Shown here one piece after another: positions 26,616 through 34,240 of a stretch of 34,661 bases of DNA (position 1 is the first letter of the stretch; each line of letters begins with the position of its first letter). A program made the translations under genes and the position numbers. Location: the IMG/VR virus record IMGVR_UViG_3300037883_000322, positions 1 to 34,661 of that record, one strand, 5' to 3'. The notes beneath the pieces were generated by a model that worked only from the letters and a program-made list of their open reading frames with translations, had not been told where the DNA came from and made no database searches. Source of the stretch: a virus (Duplodnaviria > Caudoviricetes).

Positions 26616-26915
26616 ATGGTGAGCATATTTGATAAGAAGTATTTTGAGGATTTTAGCAAGAGGCAAGCGAATGGCTTTAGGGATGAATTTCCGACCCAGG
26701 GAAAAGAGCCGATAAAACTTGATGTGATCCTGAAATTAACGTCGGGTCGGGAATTGAAGATCGTGAAAGTGTTGAAATCTGAAGAGAAGTTTGTGAGCTT
26801 GGGGTATTTCGAAGGAATGCGCGGGAAGAACGATCCTGAGTATTATGTGATTGATTTGCCATATTCAGAAGTGGCGCTCATTGATCTGAGGCCGTGGAAG
26901 TGGACGGGGCGGTAA
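26616..26915 (+). CDS. Hypothetical protein, possible Sm/SH3-like beta fold (moron)
   Basis: VILKLTSGREL...IDLPYSEVALID pattern; G-rich SD. Confidence 0.6.
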   Translation: MVSIFDKKYFEDFSKRQANGFRDEFPTQGKEPIKLDVILKLTSGRELKIVKVLKSEEKFVSLGYFEGMRGKNDPEYYVIDLPYSEVALIDLRPWKWTGR

Positions 26916-27041
26916 TAGATTAGCGTGGCAATCGCAAGAACAGGGAATGTCATGAGCTTCATCGTATCCTCGCGGAATTGAGCCGTCACATTGTTCGTGG
27001 TTTTCCTCTCTGCATTCTTCTGTGACGGGCCGGCGCTTCAT
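26865..27041 (-). CDS. 58-aa Cys/His microprotein (C-x4-H-x2-C...CxCxCH)
   Basis: ATGA overlap with the ninG stop; MKRRPVTEECREENHEQCDGSIPRGYDEAHDIPCSCDCHANLL... Confidence 0.6.
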   Translation of the reverse strand: MKRRPVTEECREENHEQCDGSIPRGYDEAHDIPCSCDCHANLLPPRPLPRPQINERHF

Positions 27042-27490
27042 CGTGGCCGGAGCTGGTTATAGACTTTTTCGTATGTTGGTAGGCCCGTCTTTGCCGCTTC
27101 GATTAAGAATTCAAGGTGTTTTCGTTCCCATGATTTGTGCTGGCGGTCGAGCTTCTTAAATTCTTCAACAAAATCGTTTCCTAAGCGTTCGATCATTGCC
27201 TTCTCGTATCGTTCTTTGATGTCGGGCGGGGCGCTGTTCATAAAGGTTCCGTTGCAAGGCTTGCATTGAAGGTAAATTCCCATGGGATCGAATTTGGTCG
27301 CGCTGTGTCGTCCTGGCAAGAAATGTCCAGCGTCCCCTTTTTTCCAGTGAATGAGCCGGTCGCAAGTGATACAGGCTCCAAAGCCTTCGTCGTTCACGTC
27401 CTTCTGTCTGATGAGCGGCGAGATCAAGTCCCACAACTTTTTATGGAGCTTTGGGAGTGGGATGTGTTTCTTGAGTGGGGCGGGCGGCAT
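27038..27490 (-). CDS. ninG: NinG/Rap-like recombination endonuclease
   Basis: IRQKD..CITC..DAGHF..QCKPCN. Confidence 0.9.
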   Translation of the reverse strand: MPPAPLKKHIPLPKLHKKLWDLISPLIRQKDVNDEGFGACITCDRLIHWKKGDAGHFLPGRHSATKFDPMGIYLQCKPCNGTFMNSAPPDIKERYEKAMIERLGNDFVEEFKKLDRQHKSWERKHLEFLIEAAKTGLPTYEKVYNQLRPR

Positions 27491-27517
27491 TCCTTTCTTG
27501 TGAGCGTGGTTTCTTTA

Positions 27518-27545
27518 ATCGTACAATGCTGACGACAGCCGTCAA
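27518..27545 (-). promoter_or_regulatory. Promoter TTGACG-N16-TACGAT for ninG
   Basis: Same -35/-10 hexamers and ATTGTACGATTAA as the 26576 promoter. Confidence 0.6.
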
Positions 27546-27549
27546 TGCC

Positions 27550-28137
27550 ATGAAAAAATCTAAGCAAGATAAGTTAGCGAAAACTCAGGATCGTCCGCAT
27601 ACTCTATCTTTGCTTTTGAGCATAATGGCGATCATAGTAAGCGGTTTCAGTTTTTGGGAGTCGCGGCAGGCGCGAAAGCTAAATTATGAATCATCGCTTC
27701 CGGTATTGTCTGCTCAAGTGCAACTGGTAGAGCCTTTAGCAACTGGAAAACAGATACAGTTTAAGGTTACGCTTGAGAATCTTGGGAGAACAGCCGCTCG
27801 GAAAATGTCTACATCACTACAGTTTAGATTTCAGAAAAGCACTATGCCGTTTGAGGTGTCGTACTTAAATCAAGGGACATTCAAAGGTCCAGTTTCAGAC
27901 TTAGCTCCGGGAGGACATACAACGCTTTTTACGACTAATCCGTTGAGCTTGGCACACGATGATGATGTTGCAGCAGTTTTATCGGGAGAATTCAGGCTTT
28001 ATCTTTTTGGAAAGGCAACATACAACGACATTGAGGGGCAACCGCATGAATTTCATGTTTGCCGTTACTACGACAAAAGTCTTGGCCCAGAACCATTAAG
28101 ACTGTACTTCTGCGATTCGTATAACGATGCAACATAA
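27550..28137 (+). CDS. Membrane-anchored Ig-like beta-sandwich protein (moron)
   Basis: N-terminal TM, LENLGRTAA, DLAPG, LFGKATYNDIEG; lower GC. Confidence 0.7.
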   Translation: MKKSKQDKLAKTQDRPHTLSLLLSIMAIIVSGFSFWESRQARKLNYESSLPVLSAQVQLVEPLATGKQIQFKVTLENLGRTAARKMSTSLQFRFQKSTMPFEVSYLNQGTFKGPVSDLAPGGHTTLFTTNPLSLAHDDDVAAVLSGEFRLYLFGKATYNDIEGQPHEFHVCRYYDKSLGPEPLRLYFCDSYNDAT

Positions 28138-28139
28138 AG

Positions 28140-28460
28140 CTAAATAGTAAAAAGTGGTTGTGTTGTTGCTTCGACTGGTTTGAACGCAGGCGGGAGGATC
28201 GGTGCGGCTGATCTCCAAGCGTGTGCGGTGTTGCCAGTCGCCTTGCACGTCCGCTTCCCGGCGTCGAGTACCACTTTCTTTTTCACAAGCTCATTCACTC
28301 GCGGGGTCACTCGATTAATTGTCCAGTTCAAGAGCGCGGCGATTTCTGCGTTGGTGATTCCGTTGGGATTGGATCGGATGATCGTGAGAATGGTTTCCTG
28401 ATTTGCGCCGAGCTTGGGCTGAATGGAGTCCCAGGCGGCGCGAGAAGTGCCTTGGATCAT
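28140..28460 (-). CDS. Winged HTH DNA-binding protein
   Basis: ITNAEIAALLNWTINRVTPRVNEL..DAGKRTC..W. Confidence 0.8.
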   Translation of the reverse strand: MIQGTSRAAWDSIQPKLGANQETILTIIRSNPNGITNAEIAALLNWTINRVTPRVNELVKKKVVLDAGKRTCKATGNTAHAWRSAAPILPPAFKPVEATTQPLFTI

Positions 28461-28894
28461 TTTAGTAATTCAGGATTCTCATAGATATTGCCGATGACTT
28501 CTAGGTCAATGCCGCTTTCGAGGCAATAACTGAAACCATTTACTTCATCGCTTACTCGTTCGTCATCGCCTTTCAGCGGAATAAGGTCGAAGGCAGGATA
28601 GCTATGTTCAATGCCCCATTCGACAGTGTGCAGGGTTGATTGCTCTGGCATATCTTCGATGGCTTCATCAAATATCGCCTTTACAATATCTCCATCATAA
28701 ATCTCCTTTCCGTTTTTGTCTTTGAGGTCGATGAATTGCTTCCATCCTTCATGTTTTGGCAACTCCGAACCAATTACCTTTTTGTCGCCTTCCTGGCCTT
28801 CGTACCAGACTTCTGCGTCGTCGTTGATAAGCGTGAGAATCAAGAACTTTCTTAATGATGGCACATAGGCCCTGAATTTGATTTCTCTGTTCAT
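28457..28894 (-). CDS. yopX: YopX family protein (copy 1)
   Basis: MNREIKFRAY, DKNGKEIYDGDIV, EVIGNIYENPELL. Confidence 0.9.
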   Translation of the reverse strand: MNREIKFRAYVPSLRKFLILTLINDDAEVWYEGQEGDKKVIGSELPKHEGWKQFIDLKDKNGKEIYDGDIVKAIFDEAIEDMPEQSTLHTVEWGIEHSYPAFDLIPLKGDDERVSDEVNGFSYCLESGIDLEVIGNIYENPELLK

Positions 28895-29061
28895 TTCTTC
28901 GTGCGTTTGGTTTTTGTGGTTGTGCGAATGAGGCCAAGGGCGGCGAGTCTGCTCAACATTTTGACTTGCATCATGGGATGAGCGTGTTTGGTTGGTTTGA
29001 GCCAATCGGCTGCGGAGAGAAGGAATTTAAGCTCTTTAGGTGTGAGTGGTGTTCTTTTCAT
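28891..29061 (-). CDS. Small basic hypothetical protein, 56 aa
   Basis: ATGA-coupled on both sides; MKRTPLTPKE. Confidence 0.55.
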   Translation of the reverse strand: MKRTPLTPKELKFLLSAADWLKPTKHAHPMMQVKMLSRLAALGLIRTTTKTKRTKK

Positions 29062-29348
29062 TTCTTCAGGCGCTTGATTTCTTGTTCGACCATTTCCGCG
29101 CAAGCGACAAAACCTGCCATGTCTAACCAAGAGTCTCGATGGAATCCGAATCGGTTTCGAGAGTGTTTGACGAACATCATGACTTCGAGCATGTCGAGGG
29201 CGGTAAGCGGCTCTTTGAGTTTGTGTGTGAACCGGGCGTTTACGAGTCCGGCTGCAATGGTGTACGTGTCGTTAGGGTGGCCGTATGAGTCCTGGCGCGG
29301 GCCTTTGACCGTCGCTTCTGCTTCTTGGAGGATTGATTTCTTTTTCAT
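29058..29348 (-). CDS. DUF6378-like (dNTP diphosphohydrolase-related) protein
   Basis: ILQEA..GPRQDSYGHP..MMFVKHSR..HRDSWLDMAGF. Confidence 0.8.
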   Translation of the reverse strand: MKKKSILQEAEATVKGPRQDSYGHPNDTYTIAAGLVNARFTHKLKEPLTALDMLEVMMFVKHSRNRFGFHRDSWLDMAGFVACAEMVEQEIKRLKK

Positions 29349-29395
29349 TGGTTTTTGCGGGCCGGGCGATTCCCGAACCCGCCGATAATTAGTTT

Positions 29396-29761
29396 TTACA
29401 CTCCGAACATTACGTTGCCGTCTGCATCGACATTCGGAAGAGAGAGCACGACGGAATCGACAAGCCGTCCGCTTGGGTCTTGCTTCTTCACGATGTTGAC
29501 TCGAAATTCTTTCGTCACCCACTTTGAAGAATCGAATCCGTGGGCCGCTGCAATGGCCTTATGGTTCGTCTTGTTGAGTGAGAACTGCTTTTCGTAAAGC
29601 GTCTCTCCGTCTCGGATGACTGCAACCGTCAATTCGAGCTGGTCTTCACCCTTCTTTTTCGGGACGATCTTGCCTTCATTCATGATGCGGAGATGGTCGC
29701 CTTGCTTCACGTTGATGTTGGGCTTCACCCAGGCCGAATCCATGAGTTGTCTTGTGTCCAT
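29396..29761 (-). CDS. Putative OB-fold ssDNA-binding / recombination protein
   Basis: Beta-rich with LNKTN..G.D..W motif; early-region position. Confidence 0.5.
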   Translation of the reverse strand: MDTRQLMDSAWVKPNINVKQGDHLRIMNEGKIVPKKKGEDQLELTVAVIRDGETLYEKQFSLNKTNHKAIAAAHGFDSSKWVTKEFRVNIVKKQDPSGRLVDSVVLSLPNVDADGNVMFGV

Positions 29762-29794
29762 GTGATTATTAGTTATTGGTTTTTTTCGACCGTT

Positions 29795-30166
29795 TTATTT
29801 GCCCGTCGCGGGCGGCTTGGTTTCGTTGCGTTTTTTATCCGCATCGGCACGGAACTCTGCGGCTTGGAATTGCATTGTTTTGACACAATGGCCGCATACG
29901 CCTTCCTTGTTGAGGATCACGGTGTCGCCTTTGCCCCTGCACACGATACAGACGGGCCGGTAACTGATGAGGGTCTTTTCGACTTCGGCTTGTACGAAGG
30001 AGTCGAGCAAGAACGAATACTCTCTATCTTGCTCGTTAGGAACATTTAATATCTGGTTTTGCTCACCTCGTTCGTATTCAATCGTCGCTTCGCAATACGC
30101 CTTGATGGGAACGAAGTCGGCAATCTGCCGGGTTCGCTCGAATGAGCGGGTGATGGTGATTTTCAT
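29795..30166 (-). CDS. Hypothetical protein with CxxC..CxxC Zn finger
   Basis: CIVC...CGHC. Confidence 0.7.
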   Translation of the reverse strand: MKITITRSFERTRQIADFVPIKAYCEATIEYERGEQNQILNVPNEQDREYSFLLDSFVQAEVEKTLISYRPVCIVCRGKGDTVILNKEGVCGHCVKTMQFQAAEFRADADKKRNETKPPATGK

Positions 30167-30326
30167 TGTTTTGGTATTAATTTGAGGTTTATTCTTAGGG
30201 AATGGAACTGATGATTACTGCAATTTTGATTGTGTGTGGGGATTGTATTGTTTGGGGTACTGACATTGGGGATCAAGATGAATCGAAACTGCCATCCGTG
30301 GTCATACAAGATTGCGACTTCGGCGG

Positions 30327-30728
30327 TTAGATCGTCACGGCCAACAATTCAGGATTCTCATAGATATTGCCGATGACTTCGAGATCATGAGGGATAAAGC
30401 CCGCAATGCGCCAGTTGAAGTCTTTTTCATTCCAGTCAATAGCAAATTGCCCTGAATCATCCCAGCGAACCAATCCCCTTCGACTAAGATAGGTCACAAT
30501 ATCCCCCTCATAAATCTCCTTCCCGTTCTTATCCTTGAGGCCGGTGAATTGCATTATCTCAAGACGTGTATCGTCATAGAATTGATCGTGGCCACTTGGA
30601 AGAACTACTATTGCGCCAGATAAACCGTCATGTCCCCAAGCAGATTTCCTCTTAAATCCAAGTTCTCCAACGGAAAGCATCTGTTTTTCCGATTTATCCC
30701 ACGCCCTGAATTTTATTTCTCTGTTCAT
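30327..30728 (-). CDS. yopX: YopX family protein (copy 2)
   Basis: MNREIKFRAWD, MQFTGLKDKNGKEIYEGDIV, EVIGNIYENPELL. Confidence 0.92.
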   Translation of the reverse strand: MNREIKFRAWDKSEKQMLSVGELGFKRKSAWGHDGLSGAIVVLPSGHDQFYDDTRLEIMQFTGLKDKNGKEIYEGDIVTYLSRRGLVRWDDSGQFAIDWNEKDFNWRIAGFIPHDLEVIGNIYENPELLAVTI

Positions 30729-30732
30729 GGTT

Positions 30733-30935
30733 TTAGTTTTCTTCATCTGCGCCCTTTTCAAAGTCTGCGGCTGATTTGTCCGGCTCATTGATCTTTCCGT
30801 CCTGAACATCCTTGATGTAATGCCGTCCGATTCTTACGAGTTCCGCATCGGCTTCAATGAATGAAGTGGCGTCGCCTTTTCGTAAACTTCCGAGAAGTCG
30901 TCGTCTCCGAGATGCACGGTTATTGAGATATACAT
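30733..30935 (-). pseudogene. Acidic 67-aa ORF broken by one missing A
   Basis: MYISITVHLGDDDFSEVYEK continues in the -1 frame as GDATSFIEADAELVRIG...EEN*; break at the A4 run 30877-30880. Confidence 0.5.
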
Positions 30936-30959
30936 TTTGGTTTTTGATTAGTTTGTTTG

Positions 30960-31043
30960 ATTCACCGTGGAACCTCCATTGGAGCGCAATTAAAAAGGGA
31001 ACCTGTACGGGAAACCTTTATTGCTGGAGACTCCACTGTGAAT
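30960..31043 (-). ncRNA. Long imperfect hairpin leader
   Basis: ATTCAC.GTGGA.TCTCCA-GCAAT-AAAGG...CCTTT-ATTGC-TGGAGG.TCCAC.GTGAAT. Confidence 0.55.
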
Positions 31044-31090
31044 ATACGGGTTACTTTGTTCCGGGCTGACGGGCCGGAGCCGCACAAGGA

Positions 31091-31231
31091 TTAATGGAAG
31101 GCGATATAGAGGATGATGAGGGCTGCTGCGAATCCGATTGTTTCAATGATGATGCGGAGTGGCTTCGGGTGCTTTTGGACTCTTCCGGTCGGGCTGATCG
31201 TCCGGCGCCATAAAAGAGATTCGTTAAGCAT
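31091..31231 (-). CDS. 46-aa peptide with C-terminal TM helix
   Basis: MLNESLLWRR...IIETIGFAAALIILYIAFH; overlaps the upstream stop. Confidence 0.5.
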   Translation of the reverse strand: MLNESLLWRRTISPTGRVQKHPKPLRIIIETIGFAAALIILYIAFH

Positions 31232-31442
31232 GGACTACTTGTTTAGCTTCTTCTTTTGCAAGATCAAAGAAGTGTCGGCATTGCTTACAAAATCCCTTCT
31301 GCGAGAGTCGTTTGCCCTCATTGGGACATGTCGGAATGTCCTCCCAAAATGGCGCACAATTCCAGCAGTAATCTCTCATAGAGTGCTCGAAGGAATCGAA
31401 GTTCATTCCGCCGCACTTCACCCAAACTGCCTTTTGTTTCAT
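31224..31442 (-). CDS. Cys-rich Zn-finger protein, 72 aa
   Basis: CG..H...CWNCAP...CP...CKQC. Confidence 0.7.
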   Translation of the reverse strand: MKQKAVWVKCGGMNFDSFEHSMRDYCWNCAPFWEDIPTCPNEGKRLSQKGFCKQCRHFFDLAKEEAKQVVHA

Positions 31443-31446
31443 GGAT

Positions 31447-31560
31447 TTATTGCTTTTGTTTTTCGACCTTTTTACCCCGGCGATATTTCCTCATATATTT
31501 GGCTTGTGCTCGGCGAACCTTCGCTTTGCACTTCGCGCATAACTTCGGTACGAGTTCCAT
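31447..31560 (-). CDS. 37-aa basic CxxC microprotein, first gene of the early operon
   Basis: MELVPKLCAKCKAKVRRAQAKYMRKYRRGKKVEKQKQ; ATG 6 nt downstream of the -10 box (near-leaderless). Confidence 0.55.
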   Translation of the reverse strand: MELVPKLCAKCKAKVRRAQAKYMRKYRRGKKVEKQKQ

Positions 31561-31566
31561 ACCTCA

Positions 31567-31610
31567 ACATTAACTTACTGTCAGATAACGTCAAGTGTGC
31601 CTGTGGATAA
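31567..31610 (-). promoter_or_regulatory. Early promoter TTGACG-N16-TAATGT with perfect DnaA box TTATCCACA
   Basis: -35 at 31589-31594, -10 at 31567-31572, box at 31602-31610. Confidence 0.6.
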
Positions 31611-31687
31611 CTCCGAGCGTTCGGGATGCCCGGTATTTTCTTAGTTAAGGGGGTGTGCGTTTTGGTTTGGCTATAATGCTGGAAGCG

Positions 31688-32362
31688 ATGAAGCCAAAAC
31701 GCCATGCCAAAATGCAGCCGATTCCGTCGGTCAAGCTCTATCGAGAAGACCTCGACGAGATTCTGTCGATGTTTCAGGCAAATTGTGAAGGCGTCACAAT
31801 ATCAAATGCTGACTTTGTTTATGATTCACTGGATGATCTGAGGAATCACGTGGGAGCAAAGGTTCGCAATATAGAAATATCAGGTAAAAAGCCCAACATT
31901 GACCTGATTATGATGGATAGCAGAGGATCAGTTCTTCGCAGTGTTTCAGAGGGAGGAGAACTTACGCCAGAAGAAATGGACAAAGGCACTTTACTTTTCG
32001 GTAGAGCGACGGACCTCATCATGCAACGGGCGCGGTTTATAATGCGGATCATCAATACTCCTGTGGCGTTGGTGTGTAGTGCCGGATGCTTCATTGGCGC
32101 TTATATTCTTAATAAATACCATCCAATGCCTAAAGACGATATTAGATATTTTGTCTTTGCGGCGATAGCCACTGGTGGGATATTCCTTATTAATAACTCC
32201 GCAAAAACTGGTTTCTTCAGATACATTTCGCTTGAGTCGAAGACAGCCAAGTCGTCGTTCTGGAAGAGAAACCGGGACGATATGATAAAAATGGCTATCG
32301 GAAGTCTGATCGGCGCGGGCAGTACTCTGCTTATTCAATTCATAACTAGACTCCTGAAATAA
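31688..32362 (+). CDS. Membrane protein, soluble N-domain plus 3 TM (moron)
   Basis: Three hydrophobic helices in the C-terminal half; TATAAT upstream; lower GC. Confidence 0.75.
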   Translation: MKPKRHAKMQPIPSVKLYREDLDEILSMFQANCEGVTISNADFVYDSLDDLRNHVGAKVRNIEISGKKPNIDLIMMDSRGSVLRSVSEGGELTPEEMDKGTLLFGRATDLIMQRARFIMRIINTPVALVCSAGCFIGAYILNKYHPMPKDDIRYFVFAAIATGGIFLINNSAKTGFFRYISLESKTAKSSFWKRNRDDMIKMAIGSLIGAGSTLLIQFITRLLK

Positions 32363-32373
32363 ATACTCAGTCC

Positions 32374-32401
32374 TTGCGAAAATCTGTGCGTTTCCTATGC
32401 T
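32374..32401 (+). promoter_or_regulatory. Promoter TTGCGA-N16-TATGCT for the replication pair
   Basis: -35 at 32374-32379, -10 at 32396-32401. Confidence 0.55.
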
Positions 32402-32431
32402 GAATGAAGCTGGCTTGAAAGGACAGCAAAT

Positions 32432-32665
32432 ATGGCAAATGGAAACGGGCGCAAGCCTGACTTCAATGTGACAGTTCCACGGAATTACGAAGCGCAAGGC
32501 GAAGAGCGAACGCACTGGTACACGATTGGCGAAGGGTGGCAGGGCGAGGACGGAATGATTACGCTCCGCATCGCTACTTTTCCCGGCGTCAATTTTGTTC
32601 TTTGCCCGCGCAAAGAGAAAGAAGAACCGCCGCCGCTTTTGGACGACAAGAAAAAGAGGCGCTAA
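32432..32665 (+). CDS. Small ssDNA-binding-like protein (DUF736-like)
   Basis: PDFNV..RTHWYTIGEGW..G.ITLRI..P; SD AAGGA. Confidence 0.6.
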   Translation: MANGNGRKPDFNVTVPRNYEAQGEERTHWYTIGEGWQGEDGMITLRIATFPGVNFVLCPRKEKEEPPPLLDDKKKRR

Positions 32666-33655
32666 ATGTCTTTGGACTTCGAGCAGATCAAGGAAGTAAG
32701 CATGTCCGAAGTTCTTGGACGTTATGGGGTTCGTTTGAAAGGGCGGGGAGCTTGGCAGTATGGCAAGTGTCCCCTCCCAACTCATGAATCGAGAGAAAGC
32801 ACATCGTTCGCCGTGAATGTTCCCGGCAACTTCTGGCTCTGTCATTCGGACTCGTGCCGGCAGAACAAAGGGAACAAAAAGGGCGGCGATGTTATCAACT
32901 TCGTCGAGGTCATGGAAAAGTGTTCAAGCCTTCAAGCGGCGCAAAAACTGGCTGACTGGTATGGATTGAACGGAAACAAAAAAGCAGCGGCCTCCGAAGG
33001 GACAAAACCAAAAGAGAGCGCTGCTGTTGTAATTCCTCCTGATTCTACCGAACTCCCGAAAGAAAACAAGCCTCTCCCATTCACAGGATTGAAAGACATT
33101 GATCCTACGCATGAGTACCTTCGGAGTCGGGGTGTTCGCATCACGACTGCTGAGGAATTTGGCGTCGGTTTCTTTCCGGGCCGGTCGTCCGTCATCAAAG
33201 ACCCGTGCCGAATCGTCATTCCAGTCCATAACGCGGCGGGGTTCCTCGTCGCCTATGTCGGGCGGTCGCTCGATCCCCAGGCTGATGAGCGGTATCACTT
33301 CCCGCCTGGATTCCTGAAGACGCTTGAACTCTTTAACCTGCATCGGGTCAAAAGCTCGTATGCGGTCGTTGTGGAAGGTTTTTTTGGATGCTTCCGGGTC
33401 CATGAAGCCGGGTTCCCTTGCGTCGGGTTGATGGGTTCGACGCTTTCGGACACTCAAGCGAATCTGCTTGAACGATTTGAAAGCGTGATCTTAATGCTTG
33501 ACGGAGACAATGCCGGTCGGGAAGCAACGGATGTCATTGCTAGGAGACTCGTAAAGCAGCAATACGTTCGAGCAGTGACACTTTCAGACGGGAAACAACC
33601 AGATCATTTGAGCAGCGATGAAATTCATTCGCTGCTCACCCCTACCTTGCGGTAG
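32666..33655 (+). CDS. DNA primase, CHC2 Zn finger plus Toprim
   Basis: CPLPTH..CHSDSC..GGDVINF; YLRSRG, RIVIP, VVEGFF, LDGDNAG, KQPD. Confidence 0.92.
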   Translation: MSLDFEQIKEVSMSEVLGRYGVRLKGRGAWQYGKCPLPTHESRESTSFAVNVPGNFWLCHSDSCRQNKGNKKGGDVINFVEVMEKCSSLQAAQKLADWYGLNGNKKAAASEGTKPKESAAVVIPPDSTELPKENKPLPFTGLKDIDPTHEYLRSRGVRITTAEEFGVGFFPGRSSVIKDPCRIVIPVHNAAGFLVAYVGRSLDPQADERYHFPPGFLKTLELFNLHRVKSSYAVVVEGFFGCFRVHEAGFPCVGLMGSTLSDTQANLLERFESVILMLDGDNAGREATDVIARRLVKQQYVRAVTLSDGKQPDHLSSDEIHSLLTPTLR

Positions 33656-33664
33656 GGGATTTTT
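33639..33664 (+). terminator. Intrinsic terminator of the primase gene
   Basis: CCCCTACC-TTGC-GGTAGGGG followed by a T run. Confidence 0.7.
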
Positions 33665-33699
33665 CGGTTTACGCTGTAGGGGAAAGGGTTAGTTTTTTA

Positions 33700-34137
33700 C
33701 TAAACGATGAGTGACTTGAGAAGTTTCTGGGCCTCTTCAAGACTGCCTATCGTCATCATTGTGATCTGGGCCGCATCGAACTTATCGTCGATGTCCCCGC
33801 GAGTTCCAATGGACTTTGCGATGTCGCTCTCGATGGCCTCTTTGAGCGAATCAGGCGCATTGTCGGCCAAGGCAAGAATCCCACGGCGAACTTCAAACCC
33901 TGACGTATTCAATATCTGTTGAAGGGAAAGTAGTTCTGATTCCATCGTGAGAATCTGGGCGAGTAGCTTCTTTGCACCTTTTTGCTCTGCATAGGTGTCG
34001 AGAAAGGCACGTTCAAGGTGACTGTATTTCTCGCTATATTTATCTTTTGCTTTCTGCCGAAGCGTTCCCCCGTATCCACTTTTGAGAAGATCGGTGAGTT
34101 GCTTTCGGTTGGCTAAAGAAAGTTGAGAGTTGTTCAT
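33700..34137 (-). CDS. Hypothetical helical protein, 145 aa
   Basis: Clean ORF with an A/C-rich leader. Confidence 0.75.
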   Translation of the reverse strand: MNNSQLSLANRKQLTDLLKSGYGGTLRQKAKDKYSEKYSHLERAFLDTYAEQKGAKKLLAQILTMESELLSLQQILNTSGFEVRRGILALADNAPDSLKEAIESDIAKSIGTRGDIDDKFDAAQITMMTIGSLEEAQKLLKSLIV

Positions 34138-34159
34138 GGGTTTAATTGTTAAGTTTGTT

Positions 34160-34240
34160 CTTTCCCCTACAAGCGCGAGTGATCGGCTATGCTTTGAAGA
34201 AACGGCGCGGGCTGTTACGCTCGCGGCCTCGTAGTGAAGG
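34160..34240 (-). ncRNA. Long imperfect hairpin leader
   Basis: CTAC..CGCGAG...CTCGCG..GTAG stem ending just before the AACAAACTTAACAA leader. Confidence 0.45.

Noticed and set aside
28140-28460. wHTH protein as the CI repressor
   Set aside because: It is the last gene of the early operon, not divergent, with no S24 peptidase or XRE signature
30163-30345. Open frame between yopX copy 2 and the 123-aa ORF
   Set aside because: No convincing start or homology; possibly a remnant
31991-33457. 284-aa and 177-aa minus-strand ORFs
   Set aside because: Antisense to well-supported plus-strand genes; no recognisable motifs
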